Positions 10,301 to 22,700 of a stretch of 64,000 bases of DNA are shown piece by piece (within the stretch, counting starts at the first letter, position 1; the number at the start of each line of letters is the position of its first letter). Under the pieces are notes generated by a model. That model was not told the origin of the DNA, made no database searches, and saw nothing but the letters and a program-made list of their open reading frames with translations. Both the position numbers and the translations under genes were made by a program. The DNA is from Nemertoderma westbladi (taxonomy: Eukaryota; Animalia; Xenacoelomorpha). The stretch covers positions 20,813-84,812 of the forward strand of contig JAUCBJ010004412.1 in NCBI GenBank assembly GCA_032718475.1. Reading direction: 5' to 3'.

Positions 10301-12461
10301 CGGCTGGAATGTAACAGAACAGATCGACTATCCACTGGAGAAAACTGTCTATTGGACCGATGCTTTACTCGTGTTGGAGTATATAACCAATGAAGTCTGT
10401 CAGTTCAGCGTCTTCGTTACCAACAGAGTAGCCATTATACTTAGTCGCACGACGATGGATCAATGGAGACATTGCCCCGGAACGATTAATCCAGCAGACA
10501 TCGCCTCCAGGGGAGCAACTCCACAAGAACTGGTAGATACTCCAGACTGGTTAGGTGGACCCGACTTCCTCTACAAAGAAGAAGAAGAATGGCCTCCTCA
10601 TCTTACTACAGCAGAGATTAGACAGGCCAAAACTCGGGCGAGTAAATCGAAGTTATTTAAAACTATAGTAGATCTGTCTGTACTACATACTTCCGGAGAC
10701 GACGCTTTGGATCAGAAACCCACAGCCACAAATAAGTCTGTAGTGGAAATCCGTGAGAAGGATTGGAAATCTGGAATACCAGACGTCTCGCAAGGACTCT
10801 CACCTCTCCTGCAGAGAGCGATACATCACTACAGTTCCTGGAATCGGCTCTGTAAGGCCGTCACATATTTAAAACGATGTTTTCATCATCACTACTCCGG
10901 GACGAAGACCAATAGTGATACCGCTCCACTAACATCGGTGCAGGTCCATGTTGTTAAAGATCTTCCCAAATATAAGATATCCAACAGGTTTCTGAAGGAG
11001 AAGATCAGTTATCAGGAGCATGAAGAAACCAACAAGCAGATGCTGAGACTCCTGCAATGCTATGAGGATTCCGATAAGTATTTCCTGTTGTTGAGAAATC
11101 CACAGATGCGCTTAAGGGATCGTTTCTCTAGCACAATGATAGATGGGTTGATACGTGTTGGAGGAAGATTAACGAATGCTCCATTATCCTTTGACACTAA
11201 GTTTCCCATACTCATTAGAAATCTTGAGATACAAGTCAAGATGATTGTAGATGTTCACAGCAAACTTTATCATGCTGGTAGAGAACGAGTTCTTAGCGAA
11301 ATTCGAACTCGCTATTAATTTTATAAACCCCGTAGAGCTCTGAACCAAGTTCTTAGGAACTGTATACCCTGTAGGAAAGCATTCAGTAGGCCTTTAACAC
11401 AGCGAGAGGCAGAATTACCTAGGGAACGAGTAAGCTTCTATGAACCACCCTTTACTAATACCGGTGTAGATTTATTTGGCCCTATTGAAGTATATCGTGC
11501 TAGGACTATAGTCAAGAGATGGTGTGTCATCTTTGTTTGTATGACTTGTAGAGCTATCCATCTCGATATGGTGAACGATTTATCTACCAACAGCTTCCTA
11601 TTAAGCTTACGACGACAGATCGCTCGCTTTGGCACTAGTAACACGATGAGATCTGATAAGGGAACAAACTTCATTGGTGCCAACAATGAAATCAAAGCTT
11701 ACGTCAAGGATTGAAACCAAAGACAGGTGGACGATCAGCTACGAGTAACAGCGTCTAGCTGGAGCTTCAACGCCGCCGACGCCCCTTGGTGGGGAGGAAG
11801 TTGGGAGAGATTAATAAGAAGTGTGAAGACCGCATTTCACTTTATAGTGCCGTGCCGCGCGTATCTCACCGACGAACTTTTGAGGACGTTAATGGAGGAA
11901 ATCTATCTCAACGAGAGACCGCTTATGCCAGTCTCATCGAGTCCCGATTCCCTGGAAGCGCTAACACCCGCGCACTTCCTACTGAAGAAACCTGTAGCCA
12001 TGCTCCCCCAATCGGAAATCACAGACGGAGACGAATACTGCCGGAAAACTTGGCAACTCATGCAGTTGTTATCCCGTCGTTTCGCTGACCATTTCGAAAA
12101 ACATTATCTGCCCACGCTACAACTTCGAACTAAGTGGTTTGCGCAGCAAGAAAACGTCAGCGCTGGAGACATGGTCCTTATTGTGGATTCAGATCTTCCA
12201 CGTAAGCGGTGGCAGACAGGTCGTATCATCGAGACTCACATCTCGGATGATGGTTTGGTGCGATCGGTAGAACTCGTCGTCATGCGACGTAACTTCAAGA
12301 AACCGGGAATTGTCTTCGAGACACAGCAGCTCAATCGCCCAGTTGGTCGTTTATGTTTACTGGAAAGAGACAGAGAACTCTCCGGAAACTATGGCAGGCA
12401 AGATACTCTTCCCACGACCACCTCCCTAATCCAACAAACATCTAGGGACTCCCCAACTTAA
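4338..12461 (+). pseudogene. BEL/Pao gag-pol of element A, broken by stops and frameshifts
   Basis: Gag DUF1759-like KFNGDEMKW..LSNGEKLRFL; triple Zn knuckle ending CAKCGAKHHILLH; protease ALLDSGS; RT DIEGMFLQV and YMDD; RNase H FGDAS and NPADIASRG; integrase GVDLFGP, SDKGTNF and WWGGSWERL; C-terminal WQTGRI..DGLVRSV. Lesions near 7020, 7796, 8524, 9661, 10251, 11316 and 11712. Confidence 0.95.
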
Positions 12462-14075
12462 CAACGGCTGGAGTGGGTGTGTGACTATATTTGTATTTGT
12501 TTTTATTCTTTTATATTTATGTATGTATTATTATGTAATTTTATTATAATCGTTTTCTTTAATTTTATTTAGTAGAATGTTATTTTAGCGATTATTTAGT
12601 AGATTAGTGCAATATATATTAGTGTTTATTACTTAATTACTTATATATTATATATTTACAGCGACGGCGAGAAATAATTCTTTTTCTCCTTCCTTACTGT
12701 CCGTATTACATTACAAATACGTAACTACAGTAAGATGAAATGTCCATACTTATTAAAGTACAATAAAGCTCCTACTATATTCAAGTATTATTGGTAAGTA
12801 GAGTATTAGGAATGCAAAATTCAGATCCTCGTGTCTTGGCTAAACCAAGCTCTGGGTAGACCTTGGAAACGACTTGCCTCTTCTCACTGACATTGCTTCG
12901 TGCGATATTGCTCTCATACCGTATATTAAATAATACATATAATAGCGTGATGTCCCTTTAACAGTAGCGTATAACGCAAAATAAATCTGTTAAACCCTTT
13001 GACCATCTGCAATTCTAGTCGATTAAGATATCGCGGCACCCACCGATATACTTGAAAGACAAAATTCTAGAATCAGTGGTTAACGTCCCCAGACAAGTTC
13101 TGGAATAAACAGGTGCCCATCCTAAATGTTAATTATTAATATTTATAAAATCTGTCAAATTTCAGATCCTTTAAAATTCTAGTCTATTAAGATATCGTAG
13201 CACTTACCGATACTCTTAAAAAGACAAATTTCCTAGAATCAAGGATCTCAGTCCCCAGACATGTTCTGGAATAAAATTGTGTCCATTTAATATCAAATAA
13301 TAAAATTTGCGGGAATAAATTTAAATTCATATTTTAATGAATTTGATAAACTTTATACAATTTATAACATTCCCAATATTCCATTAATTAATAGATCATG
13401 GGAGCGGAGATTCACCCTATTAAGTGCATTAGTGTGCGAGAATATAGTCAACAGCCGATAAAATTCATAAAATCATGTATAGAGAGGATATTGACCATTA
13501 AAGAATTACTATTAAATAGCATCCCAGATTTGTATGCATGAGAATTACCCTAATTCTACCGCTAGTTTTCCATAATGTCACCATGGCAACAATCACGCTA
13601 GAATTAGAAGTGAGTTAAAAGAACAATAAAGCTTGCCCATTGAATAGCATAAGGAATAAATAGCACACTGCTAGTATCCCAGGATACCCAATAATAACGT
13701 GGCATTCTGGAAGGCACTGACTAACGGACAAATGGCCCGAATGTGTGCGATTTGTGATAGTTGTGTGGAGTTTGTGTGTTTGTAGGTGAATGTTACTACT
13801 AAAGTGTGTTTACAGTAGCGAGTCGCAATTGTGAAAGTAGCCCTAACTCTCCAGAAAGAACCTGAAGTACATCTAAGCCTTTGGGACGGACAGTGGAGTG
13901 ACTTGTGCCGGTTATCGTTGTCGTTGTGTAGCTACATCGTTGGCGAAAGCATAGCGACGACGGTACATCGGCGCTGAGGATCTTGCACTGTCCGGGGGCA
14001 GAGAGGGGTAGGCAGCGACGCCCGCTAGCCTAAATATAAACTCATTATAATATTGATAAACTCGTATAGCAGATA

Positions 14076-15433
14076 TGACTGAGTTGATAGAAGATGATCT
14101 TGGTATCAGGGAGTGATATACTCTACCTTTACAAGCGTTTGCTGATAGCTTGATACGCGGCGACGCTGGTCCAACTACTACGGAGAACGATGGTTGTTAT
14201 ATCGAACCGCCGATGTCCCAGGAGCAACTTACGCGTGAATTGGACTATCGAAAATTCACTGCTCGCTATACGCATTGTAATGGTACGTATATGGACTTCT
14301 TAACTACTGTCCATCCTATCGATTTACACGATACGGACGATATCGACACCGAAAGGGAAATGGTCCTATTTTAATATCATACCCAGCGGAGTCGGAATGA
14401 TAAATTGAGAATCGAATGCGAAAATTCTATTCGAAATCGACTCGAAAGAGAAGACGTTAAAGAACCGGATAAACGCGGTAACTCCAACGTATATTTGGAA
14501 TTCTTGAGAGAAACATTGTGAAACCGAATAAATATCACCCGCGTTTCCCCTACAAGACGTGCGTCTTTGGTATTATTGCGATGAATGCCCAAGATCCAAC
14601 CAACAAACGGAAAGACATAAATATCCGTAGAGACGTTGCTTTAAACACGGTTTTACTCGCTATATTTATGGGAGTTTCGAGCGAAACTTGTTCGATGTAT
14701 CATCTACGCTCGCTCGATTCAAACAATCCTTAAATAAACCTATAATCAGAGTTCCGGAATACTCGGTCAGACCTCCTCATTCCCTAGTTAGACCTCAGAC
14801 TCTTGATCCTAATAGTATCATGGATCCTCCCGAACTGTACTCACGTTTCAAAGATCTTGTGTTACCCGAACAGTTAGTCGGTGGCACTCCGGTTGTGGGC
14901 TCCCTAAATATTCGCCCATCTTACCTAGTCGGATTGGGACGCGGACATCTAATATCGCCATTCAACCGTATCATCGTCCCTGTTTAACCCGATACAACCT
15001 GTCACCGAGGCGGAGGAAATAGTTATACGAAACGCGTTGGACACTATTCGTCAAAAGATCGGAAAATGAACCTACAATTGTTTAGAGAAACGTAAATTGC
15101 AGTAGCAAGTCCAAGCGGTAAACGAATTAACTTTATCTCAGTTCGATCAGGAAATTCAGAATCTCTAAGAGGATATCGAACTTGGACGACCCTATTCTCT
15201 GCAAGAGTTTTGGACGAACGCATCCAACGATGAGCGGAGGAAAATCAGCTCGAGGAGAAGCATATCGAAATGGACGAGACATCGACCATAACCCTAAACC
15301 TTCTGATGTAATTGTATTGCACCCTTCACCCAGGAGTTATGGCCCTCCTAGTAAAGTGGCTCGCCCCAAAGAGAAAAGGACTCTTGCTAGCCTCAAAAAA
15401 CTGCGTAAACGCCGTCCGCGCAAGAAAAACTAA
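14076..15433 (+). pseudogene. Degenerate extra 3' ORF (ORF3) of element A
   Basis: Begins MTELIEDDLGIRE* (homologous to 23579-23956) and ends KKLRKRRPRKKN just before the PPT. Several internal stops. Confidence 0.6.
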
Positions 15434-15500
15434 CTGTTTAGAGTATTTTTATATTTTAGAAACTGTGATTTTTTATATTTTATAGACTTAAATCCCATTT

Positions 15501-15511
15501 TCTGGGAGCGG
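15501..15511 (+). promoter_or_regulatory. Polypurine tract of element A
   Basis: TCTGGGAGCGG immediately before the 3' LTR TGT. The same motif precedes the LTRs at 26709 and 50059. Confidence 0.75.
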
Positions 15512-16702
15512 TGTAAAAGCTTTTGCGGAATTAGCCGGTTATTTTCCCCGTAAAGTACTCTGTAGTTGGTTTAACAGGCATAAAAGGCCGTATCCTTACT
15601 GTACTGGTGTTTTAGGGGACACAAAAAGCTATTTCTTCTGTATGTGTACTTTAGCGGACATAATTAGCAATTCTATGACGCAATGCGCTAGATCCTCTTT
15701 AAACAGTGTAGTTACTATGATGACAGCTAACAGCTGAGCTGTACATGTGTAGATTTTCCCTTGTTCTCTGGTGTTTCTTTGTTCGGTCAACCAATCGGAG
15801 CGATTCTCCTGCTTTTTGTACAGAAACCTCCGAGAAATCACGCAATGCATTATGGGTCAATGTTTACATTTTGTCGTGAGCCTAGAAGACCAGCTTCGGA
15901 ATCTCTGTGTTTTTCAGTCTTTAGCCCAACATTAGTAGGCTTAATTATAGAACGTATATCTGTTATCTTAACAATTTCATATCAAATCAAACCTCACTCA
16001 CCTAATCATATTGTCAACTACAAACACCGCATTTTACTGCTATTTACTGTCGGTTATTCATTATATCCGTTGATGGAATGTTATTATATTGGAGAATATC
16101 AATCAATAATCAGACACCCCAATCTTCTTGATATACTGAAGGTTAGAGAGACCGGTTACATATAACGATTGCGACTTACATTAAAGTGGTTTTGAATTGA
16201 ATCTAATGCTATTTCATAGGCACTACATGTATTGGCTGTTGTTCTCTTTATATGTGACTAAAATTAGTGAAGGTCGGCAGATCAGTGTGCAGCATTGTGC
16301 AGTATTGTGTATGATTGTGACTGATAACAAAGCATCTCCTAAAGAATGCGCCATATACGTGAATCTATAGCCATCCCGTTGTGTCTAGTTTAAGTCATAA
16401 CTCTGTTTACATATTTAGAGCGCCACGTCCTAAAGGAACTGTTAATATTTCCCGAAAGTGAATAATATTTGTCAGAGATTATATATTACGATCAGTCGAA
16501 TAATACAGTAGGCCTACACCGCAATACGGTTAGGCTTCCGAATCCAGTCTCCAGGGTATATCCAGCGGGTGAATGATCGCGCATAGACTGGCTTCGGCTA
16601 ATGTAGTGTATCAAATACTTGTCATAGGCTAAAGACGATCTATTATCTAGAAGACATCCCAATTTGGCAGGTTAAACTGCTAAAGGTCTGAAAGCGCGAA
16701 CA
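15512..16702 (+). repeat. 3' LTR of element A (1191 bp)
   Basis: Direct repeat of 1010-2205, followed by TSD ATTCG. Confidence 0.95.
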
Positions 16703-16866
16703 ATTCGATTTAACCCTGTATTTCACTTTCAGTCTCTCGTTTCAAATTTCCCACTAGACTCGGCGTGAAATACAGTGCTACTTTATTTAATCGAATATAT
16801 AGAAATATAGTTATTATTTTTATTGTACTTCATTCAATTATCTGAAATCACTAAATAATGATGAAC

Positions 16867-16983
16867 TTACAGTACCACATCAACTATTTGTATTAGCGTG
16901 AGGTTATGACTTACCACATCAACTATTTGTAATAGCGTGAGGTTATAACTTACCACGTCAACTATTTGTATTAGCGTGAGGTT
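16867..16983 (-). repeat. 3 x 39-bp tandem repeat of the exon end plus splice donor
   Basis: Minus-strand unit AACCTCACGCTAATACAAATAGTTGAYGTGGTAAGTYAT, present three times (third donor degenerate). Confidence 0.9.
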
Positions 16984-17084
16984 GAATTCAACTTTCGTCG
17001 TGCTATTTGGGTTTTCCACTGGACGTATTCTCTTGTTGTATTCATTTTCTTCCATAAGATATTTGTATAACTCTTTCTCTCCAC
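16954..17084 (-). CDS. Internal exon of a Cys-loop ligand-gated ion channel subunit (nicotinic acetylcholine receptor-like), N-terminal extracellular domain
   Basis: tccacag|GT GGA..GEKELYKYLMEENEYNKRIRPVENPNSTTKVEFNLTLIQIVDV|gtaagt, 131 nt, phase 1 to phase 0. Matches the YNK..RPV.N...L.QI.DV exon typical of nAChR subunits. Confidence 0.85.
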
Positions 17085-17620
17085 CTGTGGATAAATGTAA
17101 TAAAAAAAATACCAGGACATATTTAGAGACAGGTCATTTTATTCCCTGCAGGTAATATTTAATTTACACAACCATTATCTTTACTTTTAAGTCATAAAGA
17201 CCATTAATATAGGAGCGGTGTTCATAAAATATTAATACTTTGTTTTTTTTATATTTATAGATACAATTTTTGCAATCTATAAATAGAAATATATTAAGTG
17301 GTGTTTTGATCTCTGTTTGTCGGGATATTTGAAATCATTGTTATCTGCACTCCTGCGGGCCTGAAATTGATCTGCAACGACACACTCCAACCAAGTTAAT
17401 TAATAATGAATATCTTAAGTGAAGAGAACGGCCGACAAAGCTGCACAGGTGGGCTTTCTATCTATTTTTTATCACTAATTTAGTGAAATAAAGTATTTCG
17501 ATTGCAGGACTAATAGTGAAAGAAACCTACTTCCTTTTAATGTTCTTCCAAATTGAATTGCAAGATAAAGTGAATATCTTTATGGGGTGCAGTCAATTGC
17601 CCAATATACAATTTTCCCAA

Positions 17621-18392
17621 TGAGTCACTTGCCCAATAAAAATCAGACAAGTCACTCGCCCAATAAGAATCAGATGAGTCACTCGCCCAATAAAAATCAG
17701 ACGAGTCACACGCCCAATAAAATCAGACGAGTCACTCGCCCAATAAAAATCAGACGAGTCACTCGCCCAATAAAAATCAGACGAGTCACTCGCCCAATAA
17801 AAATCCGACGAGTCACTCGCCCAATAAAAATCAGACGAGTCACTCGCCCAATAAGAATCAGACGAGTCACTCGCCCAATAAATATCGGACGAGTCACTCG
17901 CCCAATAAAAATCAGACGAGTCACTCACCCAATAAAAATCAGACGAGTCACTCGCCCAATAAAAATCAGATGAGTCACTCGCCCAATAAGAATCAGACGA
18001 GTCACTTGCCCAATAAAAATCAGACGAGTCACTCGCCCTATAAGAATCAGACGAGTCACTCGCCCAATAAAAATCAGACGAGTCACTCACCCAATAAAAA
18101 TCAGACGAGTCACTCGCCCAATAAAAATCAGATGAGTCACTCGCCCAATAAGAATGAGACGAGTCACTTGCCCAATAAAAATCAGACGAGTCACTCACCC
18201 AATAAAAATCAGACGAGTCACTCGCCCAATAAAAATCAGACGAGTCACTCGCCCAATAAAAATCAGACGAGTCACTCGCCCAATAAAAATCAGACGAGTC
18301 ACTCGCCCAATAAAAATCAGACGAGTCACTCGCCTAATAAAAATCAGACGAGTCACTCGCCCAATAAAAATCAGACGAGTCACTCGCCTAAT
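17621..18392. repeat. 27-bp minisatellite (~28 copies)
   Basis: Unit GAGTCACTCGCCCAATAAAAATCAGAC, with degenerate shorter units on both flanks. Confidence 0.95.
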
Positions 18393-18680
18393 AAAAAATA
18401 AAACAAAAACTAAAAATGAGTCACTTTCCCAATAAGTCATTTCCCCAATAGGTCACTATTGCCCAATAAGTTGCTAAAAATCACCCGATTCTACAAAATT
18501 AATTACACTCTCCAAACATAGGTTGTTACATGTCTCATTTTGATAATTCTGTTCTGGGAATTGGATTTACTCAAAAATTGTTTATTATTTCGCATAAACA
18601 ATACATTCTACAAAGTTAATTTCAAAAATTACAAACATTCAAGACCTGTTATCGCAATGCAGTCCCTTTTATACTATACT

Positions 18681-18742
18681 ACACACACAAACACACACAC
18701 ACACACCCCTACACACACACGCACGCGCACACACGCACACAT

Positions 18743-18824
<82 letters not shown>

Positions 18825-18830
18825 CACGCA
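18681..18830. repeat. (CA)n / (CACG)n microsatellite
   Basis: Direct reading. Confidence 0.95.
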
Positions 18831-20635
18831 CCCTAAGATTGTTATTGTACTGATATTATACCCTTCTGACTGTTTTTTCTGTCGGCAGTATTGTTTTACG
18901 CTAGTGTTATCAACCCACTGGCTCGTTTATACCCATATAAATCACACCACGGCAAGTCTACAGTAGTTTAGGTCCATTAGCGGTAGTTAGGATTCGCTAT
19001 GCGGGGATTGTTTTCTCGCGAGTTTGGTCTGTTTCTGTAGACTGTACTTCTACCTCAACGGTTAGGGACTGGTCACCCTGATTCTCGAGTTAGCCCGGGC
19101 AATTGATTCACCCAAGTTTAGTGGAAGACATGAGGCACCGATCTCGCCAGTAGTAGTTTGTGTACTTTAGTATCTATTATTAGGCCCGATTACGTTGGGA
19201 TTTTACTGTAGATAGTACAACCCCTGATGGATTCTTCATAGTTAATATATTTTGTTCAAAAATTGTAACGTTATTCAACGTCGTTAGTATTAACAGCGAG
19301 TTGTTATGCGAGTTGTAAAACTAATCAAATATTTGAATCGAATGCATCGAATCGAAAATATAACGTAGCTGATTGTGACATTCTCTACACAATTCTGACC
19401 GCGAGTTGCAAGGCCACAAAGGATGTTATTGCAATAACAACTTAACTGTTACTGCTTAAACGCTGTTGTTACGTGAATATCCCTATATGCAATTCGCTAA
19501 CCCAGAAACCAATATAACACCCTATTACCCATCAGCCGTATAACGGCAGCAATTATTATCAACATCCCCTAAAGGGGACTGCTACCTAGCAAAGTTAAGG
19601 TAGCAATATGGCCTGGCAGCCAAATAAAGGAAGGATCACGCGTTGCGCAATCTATCAAATTGTCATAGGGTAAGCGTGTTGTGCATAAACAAAAAATATA
19701 TGGTTTATATCCATTGTGCACAGATTATATAGGGATGAACCATATAGGTGAGTCCCCAATATTGTGTTAGTTAGTGCCTCACTAAGAGAGAGCTGGCAAA
19801 TCGATCAGATAAACCGATCGATTTGTCACACATTAACAGCTACTACCTAATGAGAATAGTAGTGCAGATCTGGCTGGCTGCCTTACTGATGGAGGAAACA
19901 GCTATAGGTAGTCAAAATTACTGCCATAGTGGCGGCCGATCTGGGGACCCTGACCTGACCAAAATGGTTCAATGTAGGTATATAATATTAATGGTTTTAA
20001 CCATTAATATTATATTATTATTATTATTAATTATATTATTATTATATACAACACAATAGCATGTGAAGGTGACACTAATGATGAGAAACCCAAAACGGGA
20101 ATTTTTCAATCTGAAAAAATTGAATTATGGCAACATCTAAGGGAAAAACGGTTGCCACCATTATTGGATTCAGGAAATCTGAAAGCGCCTCTCTCTCAAG
20201 CCTAATATTGAATGGACTGATGAGTCACCTACTCCCAACTTCTACAATCTCATAACCAATTTACCCTACAGTTGTAGTGGTTTAGGCAATATAGAGTTAG
20301 AGTTCACTGTGCAGAAGGACTTAACTGATACCACATGTCGATAGTATAATTAACATGAATACATTTCATTAGGATTAATTGCTTCACAGCATAGCACAGA
20401 AGCAAAAAAATGGATCAATAATATAACTTTATTTTACAGTGATGTGTTATTGTATGTAGTATACACTGTAATATACATACAACATTAATCATATACAATA
20501 TACATTATATATTGTTATAAAAAATATAATAATTTACATTATTTTTCTCTCTGATGTATTTTGGCACATTACGTTTTTGCCTTTTATCTCGTGAACTAAC
20601 TAGCAGCCAGCTGACAGTCCCGACTCACAAAAATT

Positions 20636-21243
20636 AACTACAACAGCTAGTCAGTATCGGGAGGGTGTAAACGTTACGCCTACAGCAGACCACCGACTGC
20701 CGACAGCACACAACAGTCACTCGATAGCAGACAACCAAAGTAAATAACCGACAACAGCCAACCGACAGGTGACAACCGACAGCAGACAACCAAAGTAAAT
20801 AACCGATAGTAGCCAACCGACAGGTGACAACCGACAGCAGACAACCAAAGCAAATAACCTATAGCAGCCAATCGAAAGCAGACAACCAACGTCAACAACC
20901 GTCAACAAACAGCAGCAGACAACCGAGAGCAGGCAACAGACAACCGACAGCGCACTTCCGACAACATACAACCGACAGCTGGCAACCGAAAGCAGACAAC
21001 CGACAACAGACAACCGACAGCGTACAACGACAGCACACAAACACAACCGACAGCAGACAACCGACAGTAGACATGTGACAGCATATATATAAACGCTATA
21101 AAATACTTTAAGGATAAATTTAAAAATGACAAATTCTTCATATTTAATTTTTCAATAAAATTTCGACCGAAAAGTGAAAACCTGATATTCTTTACATGGG
21201 CGTGCATTCTTAAAAATGCAGCTGCAATCCAGCATGCCGATCC

Positions 21244-21275
<32 letters not shown>

Positions 21276-21745
21276 AAGTCGGTTGTTTACTGTGTGCTGT
21301 CGGTAATCTGTTGTCGTTTATTTTCAGTCGGTTGTCTGTTGTCGTTTGTCTATGATGAGCTGTCGGTTGTCTGCTGTCGGTTATTTACTATCTGCTGTCG
21401 GTTATCTGTTCTCGTTTGTTTTCAGTCGGTTGTCTGCTGTCTTTTGTCTATGATGAGCTGTCGGTTGTCTGCTGTCGGTTGTTTACTGTCTGCTGTCGCT
21501 TATCTGTTGCCATTTGTTTGCTGCCGGTTGTCTGCTGTGAGTTGTTTACTGCCTGCTGTCGGTTATCGTCGTCGCTTGTTTGCTGTCGGTTGTTTGCTGT
21601 CGGTTGTTTACTGTCTGCTGTCGCTTATCTGTTGTCATTTGTTTGCTGCCGGTTGTCTGCTGTGGGTTGTTTACTGTCTGCTGTTGGTTATCTGTTGTCA
21701 TTTGTTTTCAGTCTATTGTCTGCTGTCGTTTGTCTAACTGAGCTA
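20636..21745. mobile_element. Foldback-like non-autonomous element with inverted arrays of degenerate short repeats
   Basis: Left arm (~20680-21075) is built of CAGACAACCGACAG-type units. Right arm (~21277-21735) is built of the complementary CTGTCGGTTGTCTG units. Ends and TSD not resolved. Confidence 0.55.
21204..21273 (+). mobile_element. Severely 5'-truncated LINE 3' end with (TAG)n tail
   Basis: GCATTCTTAAAAATGCAGCTGCAATCCAGCATGCCGATCC(TAG)10 matches the reverse complement of the LINE 3' UTR at ~22701-22743. Confidence 0.75.
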
Positions 21746-21780
21746 CTGATGGAGTGGATCAGCATGCATTCTTAAATTTC

Positions 21781-22400
21781 CTGGGAGACTTTAATGCAAG
21801 TCTGCATCAATCACCTACCTACATCGCCCTGGGTCTATAGCGATAGTATTAACTGAAATTCCGTCCATCTTCAAGATTTTATCTCTGGAAATGGATTGTT
21901 TTCGGACCCAGTGGTCACAAGTCCCAGATAGACCATATCCTGTTTCGTAGGAAATACAGGAGCTCTATACAAGACTGTAATGCATTTAAACTTCGACCCT
22001 TCTCCAGTGATCACCGCCATATTGTGGCAAAGATAAAACTTAGTCTGCGTGCTAGCAGAACAACGAAATCTGCCTTGCCGCGGCATGACTGGTCCTCTCT
22101 GTTGCAACAGCCAAGTGTGAGATCCAGCATCACACTACAGCTGAGCAACAGGTAAGAGGTTCTTGCCTCTGAGGCGGCAGATCACTGCGAGGACTATAAT
22201 GCCTTTACAGAAACAGTTAGGTTAGCAGCTGCAGAAACAGTTCCTGTATACCCTCGAAACAGGAAAAGGCCCCCTGGACTGACAACAAAATTTAGAAGTG
22301 CCGAAATTACCTCTATAAGGCGCAGAAAGAGTCCCGATTCAAACAGACTACAGCAGCCAAGAATGCAGTTAAGGCAATCTCGTTCGAACTACTTTACAAA
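21781..22400 (+). mobile_element. Decayed LINE apurinic-like endonuclease fragment
   Basis: Plus-strand translation shows LGDFNA, QIDHIL and SDHRHIVAKIKL motifs across frame breaks. Confidence 0.75.
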
Positions 22401-22700
22401 ACTCCGGAAAACAAAAGTTTGTGCCAATTAGATTTGTTTCCCCAGGTTTGGTAAAGTCGCTCGAATTGCTACATAATTTGAACTTAAAGATGAATGACAA
22501 TGCAACTAAACCTAACCAAAATACTAAACCTAACCTACCAAACTTAGTTTGTCCTGTAAAGCCCCTTACTGTACTATTGCGTACATGTATACATGTGACT
22601 GCCTGTCAAGTAAATGTTAAAGTATTTAAAGCATACAATTCCACTGGAGGTCCGGCCTATAGTACAGTGCAAACTGCACAGTAGTTATGAGGCGGGTGGG

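Larger units (their letters stand above)
1010..16702 (+). mobile_element. Full-length defective BEL/Pao LTR retrotransposon, element A (15.7 kb)
   Basis: TG..CA LTRs at 1010-2205 and 15512-16702. 5-bp TSD ATTCG at 1005-1009 and 16703-16707. BEL-type gag-pol motifs inside. Confidence 0.96.

Noticed and set aside
17587-18440. Repetitive ORFs (SHSPNKNQT, RRVTRPIKI, SDSSDFYWA) and a CRISPR-like appearance
   Set aside because: Pure 27-bp tandem repeat with no unique spacers and no cas genes; the ORFs are by-products of the repeat.
18840-19240. Possible solo LTR of another family
   Set aside because: LTR-like composition only; no second copy, defined end or TSD in the window.
20634-21775. Cys/Val/Leu-rich ORFs on both strands
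   Set aside because: Translations of degenerate short-repeat arms.
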